Positions 54,905-64,000 of a stretch of DNA of 64,000 bases are shown here, piece by piece. A program made the position numbers and the translations under genes. The DNA is from Nitrospirota bacterium (lineage in GTDB: Bacteria > Nitrospirota > UBA9217), in NCBI GenBank assembly GCA_963741205.1, contig CAVUHW010000010.1, positions 96,558-160,557 of the forward strand, given 5' to 3'. The notes below the pieces were generated by a model. It did not search any database and was not told the origin of the DNA. It saw only the letters and a program-made list of their open reading frames with translations. Position 1 is the first letter of the stretch. Every line of letters starts with the position of its first letter.

Positions 54905-55443
54905 AGCGAGGCCAGCAGCTCGGCGACGTAGTCGCGGGTCGCCCGCGCCTGCGCCAGGCGGAAGCGCAGCACGAGGCCCTGCTGCTCGTCCGCCTCGCCG
55001 AGGCGGGCGGCGAACCGGTCGACGAGCTGCTCGAGCACGCCGAGCTGGGCGGCGGCGAGCGGCCGCATGTCGCGCCCGGCGCGATGCGTCAGCACGAGCT
55101 TGAGCAGCAGCTCCGAGCGCGCCTCGCGGACGTGCGCCACCGGCCGCGCGAGCCATTGCTCGAGCGCAAGCGCGCCCGCTGCGGTCGGGGCGAACACGGT
55201 CCGGGTCGGGCCGCGTGACGAGCGCTCGGTCTCGACGGCCTGGATGAGCCCGGCCTCGCACAGGTCATCGATCGCGCGGTACACGCGGGGCCGGGCCATC
55301 GTCCAGACCTGGCCGAGCTCGCCGTCCTCGGCCAGCACCCGCGAGAGGGCGAAGCCGTGGGCGGGCTGCTCGGCGAGCAGGGCGAGCACCGCCCAGTCCC
55401 CGGGGAGCAGGCTCCTGCGCGCCGGCGCGGCGGTCCTGGCCAC
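54901..55443 (-). CDS. PadR-family transcriptional regulator
   Basis: AVLALL..QPAHGF, VY..I..L, WL..P; GTGA overlap with tsaA. Confidence 0.85.
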   Translation of the reverse strand: MARTAAPARRSLLPGDWAVLALLAEQPAHGFALSRVLAEDGELGQVWTMARPRVYRAIDDLCEAGLIQAVETERSSRGPTRTVFAPTAAGALALEQWLARPVAHVREARSELLLKLVLTHRAGRDMRPLAAAQLGVLEQLVDRFAARLGEADEQQGLVLRFRLAQARATRDYVAELLASL

Positions 55444-55514
55444 GAGCCGACGATACCTGCCGCTGCGGCACCTTGCCGCTCGCCGGTAGTGCCTGATTGA
55501 CTAGCGCTTCGTAG

Positions 55515-56702
55515 CTACAGCGCGAGGATGTCGACCTCGGCGCCGGCCTCGAGGTGGGGCATGTGGTGCGGCGCCACGACGAATCCATCGCTCTCGCCGA
55601 GCGCGCCGGTCATGTGCGAGCCCTGGCGCTCGGTCGGCGTCGCGAGCAGGGTCCCGTCGGGCTGGCGCGCGAGCCTCGAGGTGAGGAACGTCGTGCGCGA
55701 GTCCGACGGGCCGGCGGGCACGGCGAGGCGGCCCTTGACCAGGCGCGGGCCGGTGACCGGCTCGCCGTGCAGGATGCGCAGCGCCGGCTCGATGAAGACG
55801 CTGAAGCAGACGATCGCCGACAGCGGGTTGCCCGGCAGGCCGAACACCAGCGTGTCGTCTCGCCTTCCGAACCACAGCGGCTTGCCGGGCTTGATCCGCA
55901 CGCGCCAGAAGACCTCCTCGACGCCGCAGGCCTCGAACGCCGGCTTGACGTGGTCGTGCGGGCCGACGGAGACGCCGCCGGACACGACGAGCACGTCGCC
56001 CTCGAGGCCCTCGCGGACCGCGGCGATCGTCGCCTCGCGGTCGTCGCCGATCACGCCGAGGTCGTGGATCTCGGCGCCGGCGGCGGCGGCCAGGCGGCGG
56101 ACCATCAGGCCGTTGGACTCGTAGATGCGCCCGGGCTCGGGCGGCGCGCCGAGCGGGAGCAGCTCGTCGCCCGTCACGAGCACGTGCAGGCGCGCGCGGC
56201 GGTGGACCGCGACCTCGCCGAGCCCGACCGAGGCCAGGGCGGAGAGCCGCGGCAGGCTGAGGCGGTCGCCGGCGCGGGCCAGCAGGTCGCCCTCGTGCAC
56301 GTCCTCCCCGCGGAAGCGGATGTGGCGGCCGGGCTCGAGCGCCTTCTCGGGCGTCACGTGGCCGTCGTCGACGTTCGCGAGCTCGACCTGGAGCACCGCG
56401 TCGGCGCCGGGCGGGATCGCCGCGCCCGTGTTGATCTGCACGGCGGTGGCGGGCTCGAGCGGCTCGCCGACCTGGCCGGCCTGGACGGCGCCCGCGATCC
56501 GCAGCGGCCGCTGCTCCGCGGTGTCGGCGGCGCGCACGGCGAAGCCGTCCATCGCCGAGCGGTCGAACGGCGGCAGATCGACGGCGCTGCGCGCGTCCTC
56601 GGCCACCACCCGGCCCGCGGCCTCCTCGAGGCCGACGCGCTCGGCGCCGAGCGGCCGCGCCGCCTCCAGCACCAGCGCCAGGGCGTCCTCGACGTCGAGC
56701 AC
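55515..56702 (-). CDS. moeA: Molybdopterin molybdenumtransferase
   Basis: PPFDRSAMDGFA, TGDEL, SGGVSVG, KPGKP, LPGNP. Confidence 0.95.
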   Translation of the reverse strand: MLDVEDALALVLEAARPLGAERVGLEEAAGRVVAEDARSAVDLPPFDRSAMDGFAVRAADTAEQRPLRIAGAVQAGQVGEPLEPATAVQINTGAAIPPGADAVLQVELANVDDGHVTPEKALEPGRHIRFRGEDVHEGDLLARAGDRLSLPRLSALASVGLGEVAVHRRARLHVLVTGDELLPLGAPPEPGRIYESNGLMVRRLAAAAGAEIHDLGVIGDDREATIAAVREGLEGDVLVVSGGVSVGPHDHVKPAFEACGVEEVFWRVRIKPGKPLWFGRRDDTLVFGLPGNPLSAIVCFSVFIEPALRILHGEPVTGPRLVKGRLAVPAGPSDSRTTFLTSRLARQPDGTLLATPTERQGSHMTGALGESDGFVVAPHHMPHLEAGAEVDILAL

Positions 56703-56766
56703 CTGACTCAGCCCCCCGGCAGAACCACGGCCCCGAGACCGGGCCCGAGGTGGGTCGCTTCCCAGG

Positions 56767-57762
56767 TCATCCCCCGATCCTCGACATCGTGCGCGCGGGC
56801 TGCACGAAGCCGGGGTCGTTGATGTGGTGCTTGAGCTCCTTGTGCCACACCGCGTCGCGGATGACCTGCTCGAGCTCGGCGTCGGACGCGCCGGCGCGCA
56901 GCGGGGCGCGCAGGTCGGTCTCGTTCATCGAGAACAGGCAGGTGCGCAGCATGCCCTCTGCGGTGATGCGGATGCGGTTGCAGTCGCCGCAGAACGGCTC
57001 CGAGACGGGGGAGATGAAGCCGATCTCGCCGCGGCCGTCGGCGAAGCGCCAGCGCCGCGCGGTCGAGTGGCGCTCGCGGCCCTGGGGCTCGAGCGGGTGG
57101 ACCGCGTCGATCATCGCGCGGATCTCCTCGTTCGGGAGCACGCGGTCGCGATCCCACTTCTGGTCGGCGTCGAGCGGCATGAACTCGATGAAGCGCACCT
57201 CGTAGGGCTCCGAGCGCGCGAACTCGGCGAAGCGCACGACCTCCGCCTCGGTGAAGTCGCGCAGCGCGACCACGTTGACCTTGATCGGCCGCAGCTCGGG
57301 GTGCTCCTGCGCGGCGGCGAGGCCGTCGAGCACCTCGGCGAGCGAGTTGCGCCGCGTGAGCTGGAAGAAGCGGTCGGGCGCCAGCGAGTCCAGCGAGACG
57401 TTGATGCGGCGCAGCCCGGCGCGCACGAGGTCCGAGACCTGGCGGCGCAGCAGGTAGCCGTTCGTGGTCAGCGAGATGTCGTGGACGTGCTCGAGCGGCG
57501 AGAGCATCTCGATCAGCCGCCAGAGCTCCTTGCGCACGAGCGGCTCGCCGCCGGTCAGGCGCACGTCGGCCACGCCCATCGAGGCGAGCAGCTCGACGAC
57601 CCGGGCGATCTCCTCGTAGGTGAGGATCTCCTCGCGCGAGACCCAGGGCAGACCCTCGGCCGGCATGCAGTACTGGCAGCGGAAGTTGCAGCGGTCGGTG
57701 ACCGAGATGCGGACGTCGCCGATCGGGCGCCCGTGGCCGTCGAGCAGCTGCTCGCGCCTCAC
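56767..57762 (-). CDS. moaA: GTP 3',8-cyclase
   Basis: CNFRCQYC, TGGEP, FCGDCNR...CL, C-terminal IGG. Confidence 0.96.
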   Translation of the reverse strand: MRREQLLDGHGRPIGDVRISVTDRCNFRCQYCMPAEGLPWVSREEILTYEEIARVVELLASMGVADVRLTGGEPLVRKELWRLIEMLSPLEHVHDISLTTNGYLLRRQVSDLVRAGLRRINVSLDSLAPDRFFQLTRRNSLAEVLDGLAAAQEHPELRPIKVNVVALRDFTEAEVVRFAEFARSEPYEVRFIEFMPLDADQKWDRDRVLPNEEIRAMIDAVHPLEPQGRERHSTARRWRFADGRGEIGFISPVSEPFCGDCNRIRITAEGMLRTCLFSMNETDLRAPLRAGASDAELEQVIRDAVWHKELKHHINDPGFVQPARTMSRIGG

Positions 57763-58244
57763 GGGGCCGCCTCGCGCCGGAAGTCGCTCTTGCCGCCGGT
57801 CTTCTCGAGCAGCTCGACGCGCTCGATCGTCACGCCCGGCTCGATGCCCTTGACCATGTCGTAGACGGTGAGGGCGCCGACCGAGCAGGCGACCATCGCC
57901 TCCATCTCGACGCCGGTGCGGTCCGTCGTCGCGGTCTCGACGACGAGCGTGACCGTGCCCTCGGCCGGGTCGATCGTCACCTGCGGGTCCACGTGCGTCA
58001 GCGGCAGCTGGTGGCAGAGCGGGATCAGCTCGTCGGTGCGCTTGGCCGCCTGGATCGCGGCGATGCGCGCGACGGCGATCACGTCGCCCTTCGGGTTGTC
58101 GCCCGCCGCGACGCGCGCGGCGGCCGCGGGGGACATGCGCACGACGGCGCGCGCCCGTGCGCGGCGGTCGCTCGCGGCCTTGCCGCCGACGTCGACCATC
58201 CGGGCCCGGCCGGCCGGATCCAGGTGCGTGAGCGCGCCCTCCAT
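57759..58244 (-). CDS. moaC: Cyclic pyranopterin monophosphate synthase
   Basis: LTHLD, MVDV, LIPLCH, TGVEMEA, YDMVK, KTGGKS. Confidence 0.96.
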   Translation of the reverse strand: MEGALTHLDPAGRARMVDVGGKAASDRRARARAVVRMSPAAAARVAAGDNPKGDVIAVARIAAIQAAKRTDELIPLCHQLPLTHVDPQVTIDPAEGTVTLVVETATTDRTGVEMEAMVACSVGALTVYDMVKGIEPGVTIERVELLEKTGGKSDFRREAAP

Positions 58245-58280
58245 GGATCCCATCCTAGGGATCCGCCGGCGTGGCACCGG

Positions 58281-59141
58281 TCAGGATCCTGCCGTCGCGA
58301 CCTCGACGAACGCGCGCGCCGCGCGCAGCGGCGCGCTGTCAGCAGGTAGACCGAGCAGGATGCTGCGCTCCTCGGCCGGATCCAGCGCGAGCGCCCGGAT
58401 CCCGCCGTTGACGGCCGGCAGGCAGAGCTCGGGCATGATCGTCACGCCGAGGCCGTCGGCGACCATCGCGACGATCGCGGCGGTGTCGCGGACGCGGTAG
58501 TGGCAGCGCAGTCGCACGCCCGTGCGCTGCGCGAGCGCCGTGATCAGCGGCTCGCAGCCGCCCGCGGGCATGATGAACGGGTCCTGGGCGAGGTCGGCGA
58601 GCGCGATCGCCCGCTCCTCCGCCAGCCGGTGCGCCGTCGGCACGATGGCGAGAAAGCGGTCGCGCGCGAGCGGCGTCGTGGCCACGCCAGGCGCATCGCT
58701 CGTCAGCGTTGCGACGTCGACCGCGCCGGTCTGCAGCCACTCCAGTACCTCGGCGTCCGAGCCCTCCAGGACGCCGAGCGTCACGTCGCGGTGCTCGTCG
58801 CAGAACGTGCGCACGATCTCCGGCAGCAGGCGCTCGTTGACGCTGCCGATCACGCCGATCCGCAGCCGCCCGCCGGCGCGCTCGCGCTCCTGCGCCGCGT
58901 CCTGGCGCAGGCCCTCGAGCTCGGCCAGGATCGTCGCCGCGCGCTCGTGGACCGCACGCCCGGCGGCCGTGAGCGCGACGCCGTCGCGCCGGCGCAGCAG
59001 CAGCGTGACGCCCAGCTCGCGCTCGAGGCCGCGCAGCGCATGGCTCATCGCCGGCTGGGTCCTGCCGAGCTGCTCGGCGGCCCGCGTCATGTTTCCGGTG
59101 CGCGCCACGGCGTGCAGCGCGCGCAACTGGGCGAAGGTCAC
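58281..59141 (-). CDS. LysR-family transcriptional regulator
   Basis: QLRAL..VA..G.MTRAA..L..TQPAMS...LERELG. Confidence 0.93.
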   Translation of the reverse strand: MTFAQLRALHAVARTGNMTRAAEQLGRTQPAMSHALRGLERELGVTLLLRRRDGVALTAAGRAVHERAATILAELEGLRQDAAQERERAGGRLRIGVIGSVNERLLPEIVRTFCDEHRDVTLGVLEGSDAEVLEWLQTGAVDVATLTSDAPGVATTPLARDRFLAIVPTAHRLAEERAIALADLAQDPFIMPAGGCEPLITALAQRTGVRLRCHYRVRDTAAIVAMVADGLGVTIMPELCLPAVNGGIRALALDPAEERSILLGLPADSAPLRAARAFVEVATAGS

Positions 59142-59839
59142 ACCCGGGAGCTTGGCACGAGTGCCGCCTCCAGGAAACCCGTGACGAGCGGATGCGGGCG
59201 CTCGCGCGTAGAGCGCATCTGCGGCACGAACAGCGTCGCGACGTAGAACGGATGGTCGGGCAGCTCGAGCACGCGGTAGTCGCCGTCCTCGTCGACGCCG
59301 GCCACGCGCAGCCCGCCGTCCACGAGCGCGTCGCGGTATTCGGGGTTGATCCCGAACGAGCAGTAGTGGCGCTCCACGACCTCGACCGCGTCATAGAGCT
59401 CCGCCGCGCGCGTGCCGGGCGTGAGCGTGATCGGCAGGACCTTGCCGGCGGGCGAGCAGGCCAGCGGCATCAGGAACAGCAGCGAGGCGTCCGGGTCGTA
59501 CTCCGCGTGCGCCGCGTCCTCGAAGCCGAGCACGTTGCGCGCGTACTCGAGCACCATGTGCTGGAAGCCGCCGCAGGTGCCGAGCGTGGGCACCCCGCGC
59601 TCGCGGCCGTGGCGCAGCGCGTCCAGCGCGCCGCTCAGGCTCCGGTACGGGCTGCCGGGCGAGCAGAGGATCGCGTCCACGCCCTCCAGGTCGCCGACGT
59701 CGTCCGTGGCGTGCCAGCGGACGTGCGCGTTGACGCCGAGTTGCGCGGCGGAGTGGGCCAGCGCTGCGTTGGTGGCGATGTGCGGCTCGAAGGTGGGGTC
59801 GAGCTCCCCGATGACCGCGACGTTCAGGTGCGTGCTCAT
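59138..59839 (-). CDS. Stand-alone CTP-synthase-C-terminal-like type 1 glutamine amidotransferase
   Basis: PGSPY, LGTCGGFQH, ERHYCSFG, HPFYVATLFVPQ. Confidence 0.8.
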   Translation of the reverse strand: MSTHLNVAVIGELDPTFEPHIATNAALAHSAAQLGVNAHVRWHATDDVGDLEGVDAILCSPGSPYRSLSGALDALRHGRERGVPTLGTCGGFQHMVLEYARNVLGFEDAAHAEYDPDASLLFLMPLACSPAGKVLPITLTPGTRAAELYDAVEVVERHYCSFGINPEYRDALVDGGLRVAGVDEDGDYRVLELPDHPFYVATLFVPQMRSTRERPHPLVTGFLEAALVPSSRV

Positions 59840-59950
59840 GGCCCGGCACGATCGCGCGCCGCAGCCGACTGCGCCAATGCCGCTTTGCGTCGCAGGTATG
59901 AGTGGATGCTCATGGCGGCGTGGCCCGGGTGGGCGCCTACGATTGGAGCC

Positions 59951-60625
59951 GTGACCGTCTCCGTCCGCCTGTTCGCCGGCCTGCGCGAGCGCGCCGGCAC
60001 CGACCGGCTCGACGTCGAGCTGCCCGACGGCGCCACCGTGGGCGAGCTGCTCGACGCGCTCGCCGGCACGCCGGTCGGCCCGATCGGCCCGCGCCAGTGC
60101 GTGGTGGCGATCAACCGCGAGTACGCGGACGCCGGGCAGCCGATCGCGGCGGGCGACGAGGTCGCGCTCGTGCCGCCGGTGAGTGGCGGCGACCCGACGG
60201 TTCGCGCCGTCCGCGTCACCGCCGAGCCGCTCGACGTGGCCCCGCTGTCGGCCGCCGTGCGCGACCCGCGCGCCGGTGCGGTCGTGCTCTTCGAGGGCGT
60301 CACGCGCGAGGTGGCCGAGCTCGACTACGAGGCCTACGCCGAGATGGCAGTCGACCGCCTGCGCGAGATCGCCGAGGCCGAGGCCGAGCGCCACGGCCTG
60401 TGCGCGGTGGCCGTGGAGCACCGCGTAGGCACGGTGCCGCTGGGCGAGCCGAGCGTCATCGTCGCCGCCTCGGCCCCGCACCGTGGCGAGGCGTTCAGCG
60501 GCGCCCGCGCGATCATCGACCGCGTCAAGGCCGAGGCGCCGATCTGGAAGGTCGAGGTGGGGGAGGACGGAGAGCGCCACAGGGTCCCAGGGACGCTGCC
60601 GCCCACCCCGCAGCCGGCTGACTAG
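59951..60625 (+). CDS. Fused MoaD-MoaE molybdopterin synthase (MoaX-like)
   Basis: VRLFAGLRE, PPVSGG, then F.GVTR, YEAY, HR.G, K..APIWK.E. Confidence 0.92.
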   Translation: MTVSVRLFAGLRERAGTDRLDVELPDGATVGELLDALAGTPVGPIGPRQCVVAINREYADAGQPIAAGDEVALVPPVSGGDPTVRAVRVTAEPLDVAPLSAAVRDPRAGAVVLFEGVTREVAELDYEAYAEMAVDRLREIAEAEAERHGLCAVAVEHRVGTVPLGEPSVIVAASAPHRGEAFSGARAIIDRVKAEAPIWKVEVGEDGERHRVPGTLPPTPQPAD

Positions 60626-60697
60626 GTCGGGGTCGCTACGCCGGGACGATGTTCTGGTTCACGCGGAGACGTTGCTGCCTATGCGATGCTTAGGCAC

Positions 60698-61085
60698 ATG
60701 ACCGAGCTGACCCTGGGCGACGCCGCCAAGCGCATCGGCGTGAGCGTCGACACGCTGCGGCGCTGGGACCGCCGCCGGCAAGCTGAAGACCTACGCGCGA
60801 CGCGCGCAACCGCCGGCTGGTGCCGGAGGCCGAGGTCGAGCGCCTCGCGCCGCACCCCGACCGCCACCGGGCCGGGGACACTCTGTCGGCGCGCAACCGC
60901 TTCCCGGGCGTGGTGACCTCGGTCGAGGTCGACGGGGTGATGGCGCTGGTGGAGATCGAGGCCGGGCCGCACCGCATCACGGCCGCGATCACGCGCGACG
61001 CGGTCGAGGAGCTCGGCCTGCGCGCCGGGCGTCAAGGCCACGGCCGCCGTCAAGGCGACCTCGGTGATGGTGGAGCGGTCGATGA
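60698..61085 (+). CDS. MerR-like HTH-TOBE molybdate regulator; frameshifted
   Basis: AAKRIGVSVDTLRRW, SARNRFPG, VKATSV. Confidence 0.85.
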
Positions 61086-61855
61086 GGTGCGGCGGCGATC
61101 GCCCTCGCCGTGGCGGCGATCGCCGCCGGCTGCGGCGGCGGGGAGGAGCAGGGCACCGCGCGACAGCCGCTGATCGTCTCGGCCGCGGCCTCGCTGAAGG
61201 ACGCGTTCACCAGCTACGGCGACTCAGTTCTCGGGCGCCGACGCCAGGTTCTCGTTCGCCGGCTCCGACGAGCTGGCCGCGCAGATCCGCCAGGGCGTCA
61301 AGCCCGACGTCTTCGCCGCCGCGAACACGAAGCTGCCCGACGCGCTCTACGCCGAGGGGCTGGTCGAGAAGCCGGCGGTGTTCGCCGGCAACGAGCTCGT
61401 GATCGCCGTGCCGGCGGCGCGAGCGAGATCGACTCGCTCGACGACCTGGCCGAGCCGGCGTGAAGCTCGCGATCGGCGCCGAGGGCGTGCCGGTCGGCGA
61501 CTACACCCGCAAGGTCCTCGACAGCGCTGCCCGCCGCGCAGCGCAAGGCGATCCTCGGCCAACGTGCGCTCCAACGAGCCCGACGTCGCGGGCATCGTCG
61601 GCAAGCTCACGCAGGGCGCGGTCGACGCCGGCTTCGTCTACGTCACCGACGTGCGGGCGACCGACGGCAAGCTCAAGGCGATCGCAGCTGCCCGACGACG
61701 CTGCAGCCCGACCGTCGCCTACGGCGTCGGCCGTGGTGAAGGGCGCCAAGCACCCCGAGCAGGCGCGGGCGTTCATCGACGGGCTGCTGCGACGGCGCGC
61801 GGCGCGAGCGGCGCTCGAGGACGGCCGGCTTCCTGCCGCCGCCGCCCGGACATGA
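61082..61855 (+). CDS. modA: Molybdate ABC transporter substrate-binding lipoprotein; frameshifted
   Basis: AGC lipobox, SAAASL, FAGSDELA.QI, VPVG.Y, DAGFVY.TD. Confidence 0.88.
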
Positions 61856-62665
61856 GCCGCCGCGCGCTGGTTCCCGCGCGCTCGTCGGCACCGCTCCGCG
61901 GTCGGCGCTCGCGTTCCTGGCCTGCCGGTCGTGGCGATCTTCGTCGACGTCCGCCGCGCGGACCTGATCGACAGCCTCGGCGACCCGGCGTCGCTCGACG
62001 CGCTGCGGCTGAGCCTCGAGTGCACCGGCGATCGCGCTGGCGATCATCGTCGTCGTCGGCACGCCGGCCGCCTACCTGCTCGCCACGCGGCGCTTCCGCG
62101 GCCGCGCGCTGCGTCGTGACGCTCGATCGAGCTGCCGCTCGTCCTGCCGCCCGCCGTGGCCGGGCATCGGCCTGCTGGCCGCGCTCGGCCCGAACGGGCT
62201 CCTCGGCCGCGTCGAGGACGCCGGGATCGAGCTCGTGCTCCAGACGGCCGGCGTGGTCGTCGCGCTGACGTTCGTCGCCGCGCCGTTCTACATGCGCCAG
62301 GCGCAGGCCGCGTTCGAGGCGCGTCGACCCGACGCTGGCTCGACGCGTCGCGCACGCTCGGCGCCTCGCGAGGCGCGCACGCTTCGTGCGCATCGCGATC
62401 CCGGTGCGCCGGCCCGGGCTCGCGCGCGGGCGTCGCGCTCGCCTGGGGCCGGGCGCTCGGCGAGTTCGGGGCGACGCTGATGTTCGCCGGCTCGTTCCGC
62501 GGCGTCACCCAGACCGCGCCGCTGGCGATCTACGAGCGCTTCGCGACCGACTTCACCGCCGCGCTCGCGCTGTCGGCCGTGCTGGTGCGCGGTCTCGGCC
62601 GCGCTGCTGCTCGCGGTCAAGCTGCTCAGCGGGTCGGCGTGGCTCGGCGGTGCTGCGACGTTGAG
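61852..62665 (+). CDS. modB: Molybdate ABC transporter permease; frameshifted
   Basis: [34 protein letters not shown]. Confidence 0.85.
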
Positions 62666-63736
62666 GCCCGCACGCGGCTGCGGCGGCGCTCGACCTCGAC
62701 GTCGCGCTGAGGTCGCCGGCCGGCGAGCTGCCTGGCGCTGGCCGGCCCGTCGGGCGCGGGCAAGACACGATCCTGCGGGTCGTGGCGGGGCTGCTGCGGC
62801 CCGCGCGCGGGCCGGGTGCGCTGCGGCGAGGACGGTGTGGCTCGACACCGCGCGCGGCGTCGACGTCGCGCCCGAGGCGCGGCGCTGCGGCTACGTGTTC
62901 CAGGAGCTACGCGCTGTTCCCCCACCTGCGCGCGTGGCAGAACGTCGCCTACGGGCTGCGCGGCCGCCGCGCGCGCCGAGCGCCGCGCGCGCGCCGTACG
63001 AGCTGCTCGACGCGCTTCGGCGTCGGCGGCGCTCGCCGACGCCCGGCCGCGCACGCTCTCGGGCGGCGAGCGCCAGCGCGTCGCGCTCGCCCGCGCGCTC
63101 GCCCGCGAGCCCGCGCGCGCTGCTGCTCGACGAGCCGCTCGCCGCGCTCGACGCGCGCACCCGCGCCGCGGCGGGCCGCGAGCTGCGCGGCCGCGCTCGG
63201 CCGACGCCGGCGTGCCCGGCGCTGCTGGTCACCCACGACTTCACCGAGGCGGCGCTGCTCGGCGACCGCGTCGGCGTGATCGACGCGCGGGCGCGTGATC
63301 CAGGAGGGCACGGCCGGCCGAGCTGGCCGCCGCGCCCGCCTCGGCGTTCGTGGCCGACTTCACGGGCGCCGTCGTGCTCACGGGCACGCGCGCGCGCGGG
63401 GCGCGACGGGCTCACGCGCGTCGCGCTCGACGGCGGCGGCGGGTGGCGAGCATCCGACGCCGGCCGACGGCCCGGTCGCGGTCGAGCGTCTACCCGTGGG
63501 AGATCGCGCTCGACGCGCCGCGAGGCGCAGCGCCACGGCTCGGCGCAGAACCGGTCTGCCGCGCGAGGTCGTCTCGGTCACCGCCGGTCGGCAACCGCGT
63601 GCGCGTCGGCCTGGCGGCGCCCCAGCCGCTCGCCGCCGAGATCAGCGAGGCCGCCGTGCGCGAGCTGGGGCTCGAGCCAGGCGTGCGCGTGGTCGCGACG
63701 TGGAAGGCCGCCGCAACGCGCCTGCTGGCGGCCTGA
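62650..63736 (+). CDS. modC: Molybdate ABC transporter ATP-binding protein with TOBE domain; frameshifted
   Basis: [32 protein letters not shown]. Confidence 0.85.
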
Positions 63737-63782
63737 GCCACCTCGCCGCTTGCTGACCCGCAGGTGTGGGAAGTTGAGGGGC

Positions 63783-64000
63783 ATGGCCATCCGCACCGCC
63801 GTCGTCGGGCACGTCGAGTGGGCGACGTTCGCCCGCGTGCCGCACATGCCGGTCGCGGGCGACCTGGTCCACGTCTCCCAGACCTGGGAGGAGCCCGGGG
63901 GTGGGGGAGGCGTGGCGGCCGTGCAGCTCGTCAAGCTCGCCGGCTCGTGCACGTTCCTGACCGCGCTCGCGCAGGACGAGCTCGGCCGCCGCTCCACCGA
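63783..64000 (+). CDS. PfkB-family carbohydrate kinase, 3' end outside the window
   Basis: AVVGHVEW...PGGGGGVAAVQL..L. Confidence 0.7.
   Translation, partial: MAIRTAVVGHVEWATFARVPHMPVAGDLVHVSQTWEEPGGGGGVAAVQLVKLAGSCTFLTALAQDELGRRST

Overview
The window looks like two unrelated genomes joined at about nt 18866. Bases 1-18866 are roughly 50% GC by eye and resemble a Desulfobacterota/deltaproteobacterial accessory region. This part holds a sigma-54 response regulator with a downstream -24/-12 promoter, an outer-membrane gene split by IS630, and an MDR oxidoreductase. It also holds a lone tyrosine recombinase bracketed by inverted repeats, a RelE/HigB-HTH toxin-antitoxin pair, a large lipoprotein preceded by a degenerate GEMM-I (possibly cGAMP-type) riboswitch, integron attC-like sites with no IntI, and a B12-radical SAM gene. 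Bases 18867-64000 are about 70-75% GC and look actinobacterial (Thermoleophilia/Solirubrobacterales-like, an inference). This part holds an ECF sigma-ogt pair, an archaeal/Chloroflexi-type glycosylation trio, an S8 protease, a P450 and an NfeD/SPFH pair. It also holds a form II-like coxSLM molybdenum hydroxylase with coxDE, xdhC, mocA and coxG, a BTAD-STAND regulator, a PAS-GGDEF-EAL protein, and moeA/moaA/moaC/moaD-E/modABC. Many genes carry single-base frameshifts that are most likely long-read errors. The best candidates for something new are the inverted-repeat-flanked one-gene recombinase element next to an attC-like site, the putative A20-type cyclic dinucleotide riboswitch, and the CoxL-like enzyme with an AIRGAGR active-site loop. 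All family assignments come from motif recognition; no searches were run.
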